Shown here: piece by piece, positions 1 to 14,100 of the stretch
Numbering within the stretch: position 1 is the first letter of the stretch
Layout of the letters: each line of letters starts with the position of its first letter
Source of the DNA: Camelus ferus
Taxonomy: Eukaryota
Length of the DNA stretch: 64,000 nucleotides
NCBI RefSeq assembly: GCF_009834535.1
Contig: NC_045696.1
Coordinates: forward strand, 53,694,001 to 53,758,000
Reading direction: 5' to 3'
Program-made: the position numbers and the translations under genes
Notes under the pieces: generated by a model
Seen by the model: the letters and a program-made list of their open reading frames with translations, nothing else
The model's database searches: none
What the model was told of the DNA's origin: nothing

Positions 1-33
1 GCAATACCTGTTATAACCAAATCCACTTTTCAG

Positions 34-99
34 TTATCACTGCAGAATGAAATACTCAAAACGCCGAGCGACGCACGGCTGTTTGTTAGGAACAGCGAT
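34..99 (+). other. Candidate plus-strand exon (66 nt)
   Basis: ccacttttcag|TTA...GAT|gtaagt; CpG-rich; open frame LSLQNEILKTPSDARLFVRNSD. A second gtaagt donor lies at 140. Confidence 0.35.
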
Positions 100-514
100 G
101 TAAGTATAAATAAGCGGCATCAGAAGAGAATTAAAGATGGTAAGTCTGACCTCTTTAGTAAAATTTCTAGGTCACGGGAACAAATATGCAGCACATTAGC
201 TAAAACAAAAACGTGGAACTGTAGGCAAAGGCATGCTGCCTAAGGTATAATAGCACCTAAAATTTTTCCAGCTACAGCTTTAATCTTTGAAAACCTACTT
301 CAGAGATAATTCTACATAACATGAAATATTTTTATATGTACATATTCTCAGTGATTGCTGAAACAGGAACATGGTCTATAGTGTGGATTTATTAACTAAA
401 TCCAAGAAATTATGATATTATGTAATTATATTTAATGTTAAGAAAAGAACCTCTAACCACATTAGAACTAAAGCTGTTTTTCAAATACTTCAGCATTCAA
501 AAGATGAAATTAGC

Positions 515-690
515 AAGCACTTAAGGAGCTATTATGAGCCAGGCATATTTCTATGTATGTTGATATATTGATGACTTCTATTTCCAAAACAACTCTGAAT
601 TTTGCATCCCCATTTTAAAGATGAGGACACTGAAGGACAAAGATATTAAGGAACTTGTCCAAAGCTACACTGCTGGGTAGTGGTGAAACA
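515..690 (-). mobile_element. MIR SINE
   Basis: cccattttaaagatgaggacactgaagg...aacttgtccaaagctacac is the reverse MIR core. Confidence 0.75.
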
Positions 691-2075
691 TATTCAGTTG
701 CAGGCTTAAACACCACTACTTTGGGTTAGATATTTATAAAATTTTATTTACAGTCTCAAGACCATAGACATCAAAAATACCTAATTAATTCTGGAGACAT
801 AAGAATTATTTAATCAAATGCACCTTTTTATAGTCAATTACTGTCTCCTAACACCTCCTTTTATAACTCATTGGGTTCCCCCCAAATGTCCTTTCCTCTC
901 TTGGGTCTTGCCCATGAGGTTTTCTATCTAGTGTGATTCTAAACTACCTTCATCAAATTTCTATCCATTGTCCAATCCTGGCTCACAAGCAATCATTTCA
1001 TAAAGTTTTTTCTTATTTCCCAATTCAAAATATTATTTTTTCTTGCACCTATAATATTCTGCTTATTCCTTGTTTATATATTTGTGTATTGTACATTATT
1101 TTCATATATGGTCTTGTTTAGCTTCACCACTCTATTAAGGGCTACATGGGAACTACATCTTTATTTTGTTCATCTGTCTATTCTTGAGAGTGTTTAGCAT
1201 AGTTCCCAATTATAAAGAGATGTTTATTAAATGATTATTGAGTTGGACCTTCCTGATAAAAAGATGGTTTACAGCTAAGTTTATTTTTAATGTGCAATTT
1301 AATTGGTCTTACATAAAGAATAGAAATTATATTTGTTTACTAACTTGAAATAGTGTAAACCTTTGACAATTTTAGCTACTTTACTTTACTTAAAGGATAT
1401 TTAATATATATAGTGATATATTCCAATCTCAAGGCATCTTAGGTTTAGGAATTACCTAATTTCTATAGTTTTAGATTTGCCACTCAAGACTGTATTATTT
1501 TGGAGTTTAGTATTTGTTTATAAAATTAGATGCAAAAATATGGTAATATATTATAAAACTGAGATAATAATTACACAGGAGTCAGAAAATTCTGTTAGAG
1601 TTCTCAAAGCAACTATTTTTTTTGAAAACATACATATATAAAATTTGTTCTCATGTGGTATTAAAAATCTAACACAAAGGAAATTTGAGGTAGTGTTTGA
1701 ATGCAGTGAAATGCAGTGAAAAACCTAAACATGAAGAAATTTCACTATCTTAAATAGTTAAAACCATTTTAAAAGAGAAAACAAATTATGTAATTGATGA
1801 AAAGCCCATGTGAATACAGAATATCTTAAAGTTTCGATAATGCAAGGTGTTAATAACTGAGGAAAGCATTTCTAAGATATATAATTTGGGTCTTGCCTGA
1901 GACCCTCTAGCTATATTGTTGCTATAGCAATGCTACTAAAAGAAAATTAATGTTTGTAATTAGACCAAAGCTTTAATACCATAAATCCCACTACAGCTAT
2001 TTATTTTCAAACTGTTAAGGATCTTTGGCTATTTTCGGGACTTGGTAATTTATATTTGTATTTTCTTCGTTTCAG

Positions 2076-2150
2076 GCCCACCATTTTGGCAATCTAGAAA
2101 TTGTTCAGTTAACTCCATTTAAGATTTTGATTTGATTGGATCCAGTCTCA
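2076..2150 (+). other. Candidate plus-strand exon (75 nt)
   Basis: tttgtattttcttcgtttcag|GCC...TCA|gtaagc; reads AHHFGNLEIVQLTPFKILI*; stops in all frames. Confidence 0.35.
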
Positions 2151-2602
2151 GTAAGCACACACACATATACGCATATATTTCTAACAAAATGTATCTGGGG
2201 GTTCCTTAGTTAGAGAAGTTGCTGTGAATATTTTAGTTTGCTTAGAATATGACATATGATAGCAAATAACAAGACATTAAAGATCTCCATTGGTAAACAA
2301 ACAACCACGCCAATTATAAATCTCTACCTTTCACTCTTTACGATTTCATGATATTTTAATAATAGCCACAGTTTAATTCCTTGATAGTTATTCAAGTGAA
2401 TGTTTTCTTTCTTCCTTTCTTCCCTCCCTCCCTCCCTTCCTTTTTCTTTATCTACCTATCTACCTACATATTATTAAATCTTATGTTTATGAAACCATAG
2501 TAAAATAATAAACAGGAGGCTATCAGAAAGGATAATTTAACTTAAGAATTGCAAAGAAAAGGCAAAAGGATTTCTAAAATGTGTCACCCATATTTGTGCC
2601 AG

Positions 2603-2684
2603 ACCAAAATCATACAAAGAATTTCTGATGAATCAACATGCATACCAAAATCATACAAAGAATTTCTGATGAATCAACATGTAT
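2603..2684. repeat. 41-bp tandem duplication
   Basis: accaaaatcatacaaagaatttctgatgaatcaacatg starts at 2603 and again at 2644. Confidence 0.95.
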
Positions 2685-4899
2685 CTAAGACAGTATACTG
2701 ATAAATAAAATTACAATGATAATATAGCTGTGTAACTTTGCTACAGAGAGATGAACTGTATTGCTCTTCTGCAAAATTTAAATACCACCATTTTTCAAGG
2801 CTAAGTGTTAGGAAAAAGAGTCTCTTTTGGGTTTTGAGAATTCATCAACATCTCTCAGACAACACCCAGTAAAAAAACTCACAAGAAACTGAGTAGTAAA
2901 CATAAATATATAAATAAATATTGCAGTCCTTGTATAATAGTCTCCAAGTGACCATTTGGCTTGTATAATAAGGATTACACCATCAGATATCCAGATTCTT
3001 AAATAAATGAAAACTCTAAACTTTGTGCAATTAAGTCTCTAGTGAAGTAAAAAAAAAAAAAAAATACACAAAGAGTAGTTGATACCCAAAGATAAAGAGT
3101 AGAGAAGCAATAATATGGTAGTTACCTGACCCATACACATGGCTCTTTCTGGAACAATACTTTTAAAAGCAGGAACAGCAACTTACCTAAGAAGAGAATG
3201 AAAAAAAAAAAAAATAGGTTACTACAAGAGAACTTTAAAAACATCTTAAGAATGGCATATTTGCAGGCAGAGCTGGGTCTGTACACATAGAGAAATTACC
3301 TAAATCCACTCCGTGTTCCCACTATATTTTATTCTCTAAATTCCTTTAAATGTTCCTTGTTCTCCTCCCCCTGGCTGTCCTTCTCCTACCCACCCTCACT
3401 TCATACCAATATGTGCAATCATATCCTTCTCAGGCTGGTTTAACTCCATTACCATTTAAATGTTCCTCAAAATGTGGAATTTTAGCCAAAAATAAAGAAT
3501 CAGAAAATGTAGACTAGATTCCAGCCTTTACATCTTACTAGAGTGCCATCTTTAGAAAGACAAACCATCTGTGAATTGAAGGTGATTAAAGAATTGAATT
3601 TAAGCCTGCTTCCAGCTTCAGAATTCTAAGCTGTTGAGGGATGGCAACTGGAGTGGCCAAAATAAATAATTTCTAAATAAAAATCAGATTTAACAGCTCT
3701 CAATTGGGATAAAATTTAGGGGACAGGCCTTTCCCATGTCGATTGCTTTATTTTAGTCCCTAAGATCAGCTATTCAGTGCAAGGGCCAGGCTGATTTGGC
3801 AGTCAAAGCTCTGGGCTTATAGAAGGCTGTAAATTGGGATTTATACAACTATAGCATCATCTGTGGAAGAAAGAAGAGTGGAATTGGGGAAGGGAACTGA
3901 ATGAATGACTTGGTAAAAAGGATATAGTTGCCCCAAGATCAAGATGAAAGCTTCTAAGTTCAAAGGCCAATATTGCTCAGTGCACTTGTCAGATGGAATA
4001 CCTATCAACACATATGAGAAATGTGTGTGCCCACAAAGACAAGTAAGCAGACAAACTATACTGTTGGCAGCAGGGAAAGGGCTGTCTCTCTCAGGAAAGA
4101 AGGTACTTTAGTGTTCCCAAAGCATCACTGCAACCTCCATTTCCTTGGAACCAGCTTGAAAAATTCTCTAGGTGCACAACCTTAACATTTCTCCTGCTGG
4201 AAGCTGAAGTGTTCATTTTATGCATTGACTAATTTATGAGTTTAGTGAGAAATTCTTTGTAAAATAAATTCTAGCAAAGAGAGAGAACCTGAAAATGAAT
4301 TCCCTCTGCACAACATGTGTGTATGGTCCCATTAGCAGTTGCACAGTGGGCAATCGATTAGGGAGGGAAAAATGGCTTTTTTTATGGTAATGGATTTTGA
4401 GCCTCCTGGTGATAATTTATTTACTAGAAATTTTGCAGAGCTGGCTAGCACGCTGATGAAAACCCTCTGAACATGTTCATTTAAAAAAGAGGAAAAAAGT
4501 GCCTTGGCTTATTTTTGAGAAATATTGTTATTAAATCATTGGAAACATATTGATAAAATATGCCTGAAAGCAACAGTGCTGTAATTTATAATACAAATTA
4601 CATTGCTATTGACAAATGGCAATTTAATCCTGCAATTAACTTTAACAATTTGAATTTCTCTGTTACATTTTTTTAAGAAAAACCTTAAAAGACATTCAGT
4701 AACGCTGTGCTAGGCCACTCAGCAGCGCTGGCTTTCTTTAAAAGCAATCTCATCCCCTTTGTATTTCTTTTTTACAGAGTTACCCTATCCATCTACAGAG
4801 TAAGGTGTAAAACCAGGATATTTTCACCCTGACTTTCAACTTCTAGAGAATCCTGAGACAAAACAGACTCCCCTACTTCAAAGTTCCTTGATACAGGAT

Positions 4900-5110
4900 G
4901 AGAGAATGGAGTGGCCTGGTTCAAAGAATGTGAACCTCAGAATCAGAATGACCCATGTTTCCATTTTACTTCCATCACTTACTGGCTCTATGGTATTGGG
5001 CAAATACAGTTTCCTTACTGAACCTCAGCTTCTTTATTTGTAAAATGGAGAAAAATAACACCTACTTTGGAAAAAGTGTAGAAAAAAATAAAGTAACATG
5101 CATGCACCAT
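4900..5110 (+). mobile_element. MIR SINE
   Basis: ccatcacttactggctctatggtattgggcaa...ctcagcttctttatttgtaaaatgg. Confidence 0.7.
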
Positions 5111-5499
5111 ATGCCTATGCTTCTACTTCATATCCATTAGCCCATGTCCTGCACCTCCCACTTCAAGCAATGAGACCTTCCAGGTGCTACCATCTTTCTC
5201 CATTTTCCACTGGGGGAGACCTCTCTTTTCCGCTCTACTTGGAATGTGGGAGAGAAGTGCTTGTTAGTAGGGGCGATTCAATATTCATTTATTCATACAC
5301 ATATGCATAACCTTCTACCTGACCTAGGGAGCACATGGATATTGGAAAGCAGGAAGGAAGAAGTTAGGGACAGTTATTAATAAAGGTGCTTCTCTGGTTG
5401 GCCTTGCTAATGTCTGGCTATGAAATGGTGATATCAACAGAGCTAAGGAAGGAAAAAAGAATAAAGGCTTCTGACTTTGGAGATACAGGGATTTTACAC

Positions 5500-7950
5500 A
5501 AGTGAATATAGAAGCCAATTAAAAATATAATTAAGAACAAAAAGGAATTTTATATAAAATATGTTAGAAAGATAAAATAAGCATGGAATATGTATGCACC
5601 TAACCATATAGTCTCAAAGTATATAAATCAACAGAGTGCACTAAGGAGAATTACATAAATCAATTATTTATTTGGAGATTTAAACTACACTTCCCAGCAC
5701 CAAGAGAATAAGCAGAAAAAAGAAAAAAATAAGGAAACATACAGAATATATTAAGAACATGATTTGAATAGTTTGACTTAATAGACAAATATAGAACTTC
5801 ACCTCCTATAACCAATTAATACATATTATTTTCAAGTACATATAGAACATTCATAAAAATTGACTATATACCAACCAAAGAGAGCATAAATCCCCAAGAT
5901 TCATCCTAAGACAATAGTCTCTGACAAAAATACAATAAAATCAGAAATTATTCATAACAGGTACAGCCAAGGTACCACACAACTCCTCTAGAAATGGCAA
6001 AAATATGCACTATTTCTAAATAAGTCTTTGGCTAAAGTTAAATCTTAAGACATATTAGAAAACAGTTAAGTGGCATCCAAAATAGTACATTCAAAAGTGG
6101 GTGGGCACAGATAACTTGTAACATTGAGAGGAATTTGTAGCTGTGTTTTAATCTGAAAATGAGAAAAAAAATTGAAAACTGAAGAGCTAAGCATTTAAAG
6201 AATTTAGTAAATCCAAAAATATAAAAATGAAGTATATTAGTATATTAAAAATATTTATTCTGATTAGAAGGTATTTATCCCCCCAAATTAAGGATAATTT
6301 AACATCAGTAAGGTAGCAGTGTAATTTGATACATTAATGGGCAAAGGAAAATAGTCATATAATTATTTCAATAAATAATGAAAAATTACTTGCAAATATA
6401 ATCCATCAATTAAAACTTAGAAAATTGAGAATAGAGAACATTCTAAGTATGAAGAATATTGTGTTCCCAAAACTTACAGAAACTTCATGCTGAATACAGC
6501 AAACTTAGAAACATAGTAAAATTGAAATTTCAGAGTTAACTGTAAAACTCTCTTAACACAGTAACTGAATAAATGAAGAGATATAGTAGCTCAAGATACC
6601 ATGCATTTTTCTTAAAAAGACATTATTTTTGCTAAATTTGGTCTATAAATTAAATAAAAGCCCAATATAATATCCAACATAATATTTTGCAGAACCTAGC
6701 TAACATTCATATATATACATGCAGAGAGTTTAAAAAAAACTAAATAAATAAGGCCAATTTTTGACAGAGAAATGTAAACAGAGACATTCTCCTATCAGAG
6801 GATGAAAGGCATTAAACAGACAGTACTGTGCTGATGAGAGATGCACCTCCACAACAGAAAAGATATTTTCTAAGTATGAGAACTTTGAAGAACTATAAAA
6901 GTGGAACTACATAGCCATGGGAAAAGGACTCATTTCCCTAGATGGTATTGAGAAAACTGGTTCACAAATAGGAAGAAAAAATTAATCTGGACCTCTTCCC
7001 CATATCATGTTGAAAAATTGACTCAAAATTAGTTAAAGTCCTAAAGATAAGAGGTAAATGTATAAAGCTAAATGAAGAAAATGGAGAGGAGTAACTCTCT
7101 GTCTTAAGAGTGGAGAAAGACCTCCTAAATAAGATCTAAGAAGCAAAACATTAAGGTAAAAAATAAATGGTTTTTGAATACAACAGAAAGTTTTCTGAAA
7201 CTTTCATTTTAACAAAGGGTTCCATTGGTACAGTTAACAAATGAAAGAATGGGAAAAGACAGTTGTTCTATATAAAATGACACACAATTTGTATTTTGCT
7301 TACCCAAGGAGTTCATTAAAATTAGCAAGAAGAAAGACAGGGGGCCCATAAGAAAAATAGGATGAACCCTAAATGGTTAAAAACAATATGAAGACATATG
7401 CAAACTCTTTTCATAACAAGAAAAATAAAAACTGAAACTCTGAGCCATCAATTGACGGCCATGAGATTGGCAAAATTAAAATCTGAATGATTCCAATCGA
7501 AGAGGCAAGCTGCAAGTGCGAAATAGGGAATCCCAAGCATTGCTGGCGGGAGTATAAACTAGGACAATGAGAGCAACTTGGCTGTACTTAGAGTAATTAA
7601 TCAAACATACAGCCTCTGACACAGCAACTCCTGGACATGTATGTGGAGAAACTTTATCACAGATCTAGGCGGAGATCTGAATAAGAATGTTTATGTTAGT
7701 GCAAAAACAGAAGCCCATCCATATGTTCATCAATGTAAGAACAGATGAGAAGAATGCATTGGAGTCATCTAACAGAATACGATGCAGTTACGAGAAGAAA
7801 TAAATTAAATGTAAATACACTGGAATAAATGGATCCTAAAAACTATACTTAAAGGAAAAATAAAAGACAGACTTTTAGCACAGTATCATTTATGTAAAAT
7901 GACCCACAAAAAGAGCATTCTTTATTGTACAAAGACAGATACATATTTAA
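5500..7950 (+). mobile_element. Ancient degraded LINE-1 (L1M class): ORF2 remnants and 3' end
   Basis: A-rich L1-like segments (aatatgtatgcacctaac, ttttcaagtacatatagaacattc, gatggtattgagaaaactgg, ccatatgttcatcaat). Boundaries approximate. Confidence 0.7.
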
Positions 7951-8118
7951 GAATACGTATCTCACACATTTGCATAGCTCATTATGTCTGTGTAAGAACA
8001 AGGGAAATGAGTGAGGGAAAAAATAAATAAGAGAGGCCAGTGCATAGATCAAGGTTGACAATGGACATGATATGAGATGTGTGATTAACTCAGTATTCTG
8101 CACCCATGGTTATGGGAG

Positions 8119-8501
8119 TGTTAAGAAAAACCAGAATGGAAGCCACAGTTAGAATATACCCTTGGATCAAACACTCACTGTCAAGTAACCAAAACTAAAA
8201 ACTGCCCTGATATCCCCAAAATGCTTTCTTCCTGTCAGCATGAACTGATAGCTTCCTAGATAATCAGCTATAAACAAGTAAGCTTATTCAGTGAAAAGGA
8301 ATGTAAGTTTCTAGGAATCAATCATTTAAAACACACAAAACAAATGTACTTACTCATTCACGCTTTATGAACTGAGCTACAGCTACTAAGGGCTGAAATT
8401 CTTAACCACTTTTGGTTGGAAGTCTCTCTGTTCTTGAATAGTTCGCTTTTTGCTCAATAAACTCACATATCAAATAAAGCTCTCTGAATTTTCTTTTGAT
8501 A
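8119..8501 (+). mobile_element. Solo ERV LTR
   Basis: Starts tgttaag; TATA-like ctataaa; U5-like tgctcaataaactc; about 380 bp. Confidence 0.5.
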
Positions 8502-9869
8502 TAAGAAAGGAAATAAGAGGAAGAGGGAAAAGGAGGGGAGGAGGGTGAAAGGAGGAAAAACTGAAGAAACACTTGGTAGTTATATAAAAAGAGCTCAAAT
8601 ATGATTAGACAAGTGTAAGTATTTTTGTATCTGATGTGCTGGTTAAAAATAAGGCCCAAGCTTGGCTGAAGAAATTCAAGATTTCTACCTAGTGTTACCA
8701 TGGTCAGATGAGAGGGCCTTGAGATTTTGGAATCTAGATGACCCATCTCTGAATCCCAGAGACTCTGTGTGTGATCTCAGTTATATTTCCATGTGTTTAC
8801 GCCCCAGGGCTCTCAGAGCCCTTTTCAGGTTTAGTGAGGAGTCAGAGTTACAGCCAGGTCTCTTCATTGCTCCACTGCAAACAGGTGTTGAGAAAAATCC
8901 TGAAAATACTAAGTCTGAAGAACTCTCTACCTTCGTCTATTTTAATGCTTCTTCAATCCTAGCTCTGCCTCAGGTTTAAACTGCTCATGTCAAAACCCCA
9001 CCTCAGCTGTACTGAGAGACAATCTTCAGTGACGGGGACTGTCAATCTGTCTTCCAGCGAGCTCTACGGGTGATTCTAATGGGGCCAGACTGGCACTAAC
9101 AGAAGGACTGGCCACTGGGACTCACCCACCTATTTTAACTTCATTAACTGCAAAGCATCCTCCCAATAGATGTCCGGCTCCTTCTAGAGAAATTGAAACA
9201 ATGGAAGAGGGAGGTGCCCACAATTTGAGAGGAGGATACAATCTTATATTCTCCTTGCTAAATATGCTTTCTTTAATCTTTCCATGATTAGGTTGCCAGT
9301 GACTGAAGTTTACCAACTGCTGCTTCTCTATAAAACTGAGGTTATCTTAAAGAGTTTCACCAGATCATTGTTAAACTCCAACTAATGTTGTGTTCATTAT
9401 AAGTATAACAAATAGCCATTAGAAAGAGTAGTAAACAGACCTTTGGGAGCATCTGACTATGAAAAAAATACCAGTAGGTTTGCCCCTTCTTGTCCTTAGC
9501 GTGCTTCAGACATTTTGTCTGATATGGATACTGGCTCCTTTAAAAGACATCAATAATAGACTTTGAATATTTAAAATGCACATGAAAAATGAAACTATTT
9601 TGACAGATTTACTCAAATTGTATGCAAATATAATGCATATTTAATGCAAATATACATGTCATTCTCTTAACTATTTCCTATGCTTCACTGTGCCCCTCAG
9701 TAAAATGCTAATGGCTCATCTGTGCTTCTTTATTCTATTTAGCAATTAATTGTTAATATAACTTGTGGGTACCACACAATGGTTGGAGTAAAAGGAATGA
9801 AAGAATAGGTGCTCGACCTTGAGAATATTCTATTTCAGCTGAGGAGAGAATACATGCCCCCAAATCACC

Positions 9870-11150
9870 CAGACAGGCTCATGTTTGTGAATTTCCTACC
9901 TTGCTGAGCGGCACCACTCACAAACCTCTAAGGATCAAGAGGAACCCCTGAGAATTATCCCAGACTTTCTCACTTCATACCCATGTCCTATAAGTCACCA
10001 AGCACCACGTATCTTTCAAATCCACTCCCCTTCCCCTATTCCAAGATTTCTTTCTCAGTTCAGCTCAGTAGGGAATAATGGAATAACTTTAAGAGCATCT
10101 CACTGGTTTCTCTGCCCAGAATGATCTTTCCAAAACTCTTGGCTGACCAACCCATGCTTAAAATTCTTCAATGACTTTCTAAATAATACTTTAAATTGTT
10201 TACACAACGTTTAGGCTTTTCATAATTTTCCCTAATTGGTTCTTCTGTCACTTTCAAACTTGCATTCTGTAGTCAAGTCATAAGCAACAACTTGAAATCC
10301 CTTCATACACCAACAATCAAGCTTTGACTCATGACGATACTTCCACTTGTAATGACGTCCCCTTTAATTCTCTCCCTTTCTCTCACATGCTTGGTGAACT
10401 CCTATTCATTCTCCTGGAGTCAGCTCAAATGATCACTAATAGTGAGTCACATCACGCCCCCATGTTGAAATGGGTGCTGCTTCTTATATGTTTCCAAAGA
10501 ATTCTATTAACATCTTGTAGCATTTTTCTTTTGTTCCAATGGAGGTAAAAAAGGAAACCATATGTAACTCTAATAATGTATACTTTTCTTTATGTATATC
10601 TCCTCCTTTAGTAACAAGCCCCATCCAACTTCCACACCCAGCCAGACTAATACGGGGAATTACTTTAAGCCACATAGATATCCATATACCCCAGAGTAAG
10701 AAGCTCTTGGTAATGTCCCTACTATTCTACAACTTCAGTTGTTTAGAACTATAGGGCAAGAGAGAGTATGGTTTGCAGTTCATTTCTAGGCCCCTCTGAT
10801 GGAGCACAACTTACACGAACAGCACTGCCCCCACCATATCACCAATGCTACCACCACTAATATCATCACTGAGGATCTTCACCACAGAGAGCCAGTGTTA
10901 CTGATGGAATTGTTTTCTAACCTTTGGGTGAGTGGTGGGCTGAGGCAGGGGGATGGTGTGAATATTTACTTCTTGTGCCCCCCATTAGACTGTATAGTTC
11001 TTCAGAGCATAAGCTAGGCTCTTTTTCTTCTTTTTTCTTCTCTTCTCTTCTGCTTTCCCAGAATCTATGAGAAAGTCCAGCACATGCTAGGCATTCAGTG
11101 GATGTTTGTTTGATGGATGGATGGATGGATGGATGGAATGAATGAACAAA
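9870..11150 (+). mobile_element. L2 fragments ending in a (TGGA/TGAA)n tail
   Basis: L2-like aatgatctttccaaa, ttaaaattcttcaatgac; 3' end cagcacatgctaggcattcagtggatgtttgtttgatggatgg. Confidence 0.55.
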
Positions 11151-14100
11151 TGAGAGTATATAAAGTATAAAGCAACCAGAGAATAGTTCAAAGCCCCCAG
11201 GATAAAGGAGTTTTTTCCTAGGTTGATGGGATCAGACTGCTGAAAGAACTGATTACAAGGGAAGGATCACTGTGGAATAAGAAAATTAAGGAAAGAGTTA
11301 CATGAGATTTGAGCTAGATCTTACAAAAAATAGAAATTAAATAAGTAGAGAAAATTAAAAAAAAAAAACACAACACTTCAAGCTAAACATATATAGATGG
11401 ATATAGTGCTGTGAAGGACAAAGACCATACTGCTGGCTACAGAGATTACATGGCATCAAGAGAGACTTTAAGTATCTGGCCTGGTGGGTTGAGGAATTTA
11501 CATTGATCTGGAATAGGCAGCCCATGTAAGAAACCAGTGTATTGAGGTCACTGTTTGAAGACTTGATATATAAATCTCATACTTCATTTCTTGAAATCAG
11601 GGGAGAATGAAGTGAACTGTTTTATACAAGTAGAGTTATGCTCTCAGTTCATCCTAATTAATACACCACCAGATATCCCAAAAGTTCTCAGGAACACTTT
11701 TTGAGTTCTGTATACTAGGGTCCCTTTACTGGTAACTGAAATGGAGACATTTCAGACATACTATGCTTGTTGTTTAACAAACAACAAGAGCAACTCTGTA
11801 CAATGGGGAAGAGTAGAAACTGAAGGTTGTCTAACAAAGTGAATCTGCAAGAAAATGCAGAAAAGTGAAATAAAATCTCCTAAGGAGAACTGATATGAGA
11901 GGAACAGTTCAAAGCCAAATATCACAGAATATTAAATGTCCATAAATGATTATCTTGATTTTTCATTTTAAAGAAAAATAATTTGAATTACCTCCTAATC
12001 CTATATCTTTGACCTAGTTCAGAAATAATTCACAAACAACTCATTGTTAATTTAATTACATTTATATTGTGTAGGAAAGTTTGTTTCTCAAAGTGATGGC
12101 TTTCTGAAGTACCGATACCAAGCAGGATGTGGACAGAAACACAACTGAGAACAGGGTTTACACTTTACTTTCTTGGTATCATTAGTTCCAGGCACTTACC
12201 AGGCACAGAGTAAATGTTTGCTGAATGAATAAGTAAACAAGTCAGTAGTATGAGGACAAATGGGACTTGAACAGGCTATAGGGGAAACTTGAAGCTTGGT
12301 ATTAACTGACCTAGTAACCATAAGCTCAGTATTAAAAAATCTGGAATAAACCTATCTATGAAATGTGAAGAGTCTCTTTACATGCAATTATCTATACTTA
12401 TAAAGAATAATTTAAGCAGTCTAGAAGGAACACATATAAGGAAGAGGAAATCCCTTCTTCAATTCAAACACTGATCATTTTCAAGATCACTGTAACTCGA
12501 AGAAGACAAGTTACATTTGGGATTTTCCTACTTTCTTCATCACAGAAAGACCTGCTAACTGCCCGTGACAAACATCCACTATACATCCATTTCCATCTTG
12601 CAATTTAGTCCAAGCCTTTGTGGAAAATGATAGCAATATAAAATATGCAGAGAACATCCATATCCCTTCAGGCTCAGGATGAGCTGAGCATCTCTGAAAA
12701 TATTATGCAAATACAAAAATGTTTTCTGTGGCCTAGGCCACTCAGCTGGAGCTTTCAGTACCTTCAGATCTTGGAGAAAGTCAAAGGATGAATAATGGAA
12801 ACAGATTTATTTTCACTGGGTGCCAAGTGGGGGTTCAGTTAATTCTACCAAAGATATTCTCCCCTGTCCCTCCCCACTGCCTGCTCATATTTTCAATTTT
12901 AATAACACAATAAAATGACTAGGAATGTTCACATGGCTCTGGATATATTATATTAGACCCTCCACTGAAGAGAACATTGGGCTGAGATATAACCGATCCA
13001 TTAATTTCAGTTGTTACCACAATCAATACTGGTTACTACAGTCCAATTAATTATTTTATGATATGTATTGATTGGTAAGATTATTTTTTTTAAAGTAGGC
13101 AGAGCCACAGGATCCCTTTTGGTCTAGGCAAACTATGAATGTGACAGCCTCCCCAGAGGAAAAAAAATTTGTCTTTATTTCGCTAGGTTGTCTAATTGTC
13201 ATTCGGGCTCACAAGGTGAATAGATACCTCATTTTGCCAGAGAACCATGATTTTGCATGGCATATTCAAATGTTCTAAAGACAGAATAAAATGTTTCCCA
13301 TCTTAATACACTCCAGCCTCTTTGGTACAAGAAAATAAGCACCAATATGCCTCTCTTCCATCGGTAAGAAGCAGCTAGTGATTTGGATTTCCTGTATTTC
13401 TTATTAATCAAGAGCGAGGAAAAAAATTACAACCCTGAGTCCCCTCGACTTAGCAGAGTCTAATGTAACCTCCACGGTGTCCATTGTGTCCCCACTTCTG
13501 CAGAACATGTCAGATTCTTATAAGAACTAATTAGTAGCTTTATGAACTGGAATACCACTGCACAAATTCAGAACTCCAGACTGAAGAGTTACAGGTTAGT
13601 TTTTATCATGCCAGGAAGAAGTGTTTTATGATAGAAGTGGCATATGTATTTATTTGTTCCTTAGGTGCAACTGTGTTCAAATTAGACATAGTTATCAGTC
13701 CGCAGATCACCCCTATCAGGATTAGCCTTGTTTATAAGATCCAGGAGAACATCAGTTCACTGCGAGATATGTCATCTGAACCCATTAGCATGGAACAGTT
13801 TTCTTTATATAGTTAAAGTACCTGAATGTTCTTCTAAAAAGGAAAAATAATAAGCAAGTATTTTTCTTTACTCTGTATAAAATTCCTTCTAGGGAGACAA
13901 ATTTATTACAGACTATAATTACTTTCTCATGTTCTTCTAGGTTTTCTGGGGTTGTTTTTGTTTTTTTAGAAAATGACTTACTCTAAATTGCATCGAGTAA
14001 AGACTACTTAATACAATTAATCACTTGTCACCAAGAATTATTTACTTAAAACTAGAATTTGCTGAAAAGCATCACATCATTTTTTAACTTGTGCCACTAA

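Noticed and set aside
8..87. Minus-strand WD40-like words GVLSISFCSDN*KVDLVIT
   Set aside because: A single short match with a stop; plus-strand splice signals are better and no partner exons were found.
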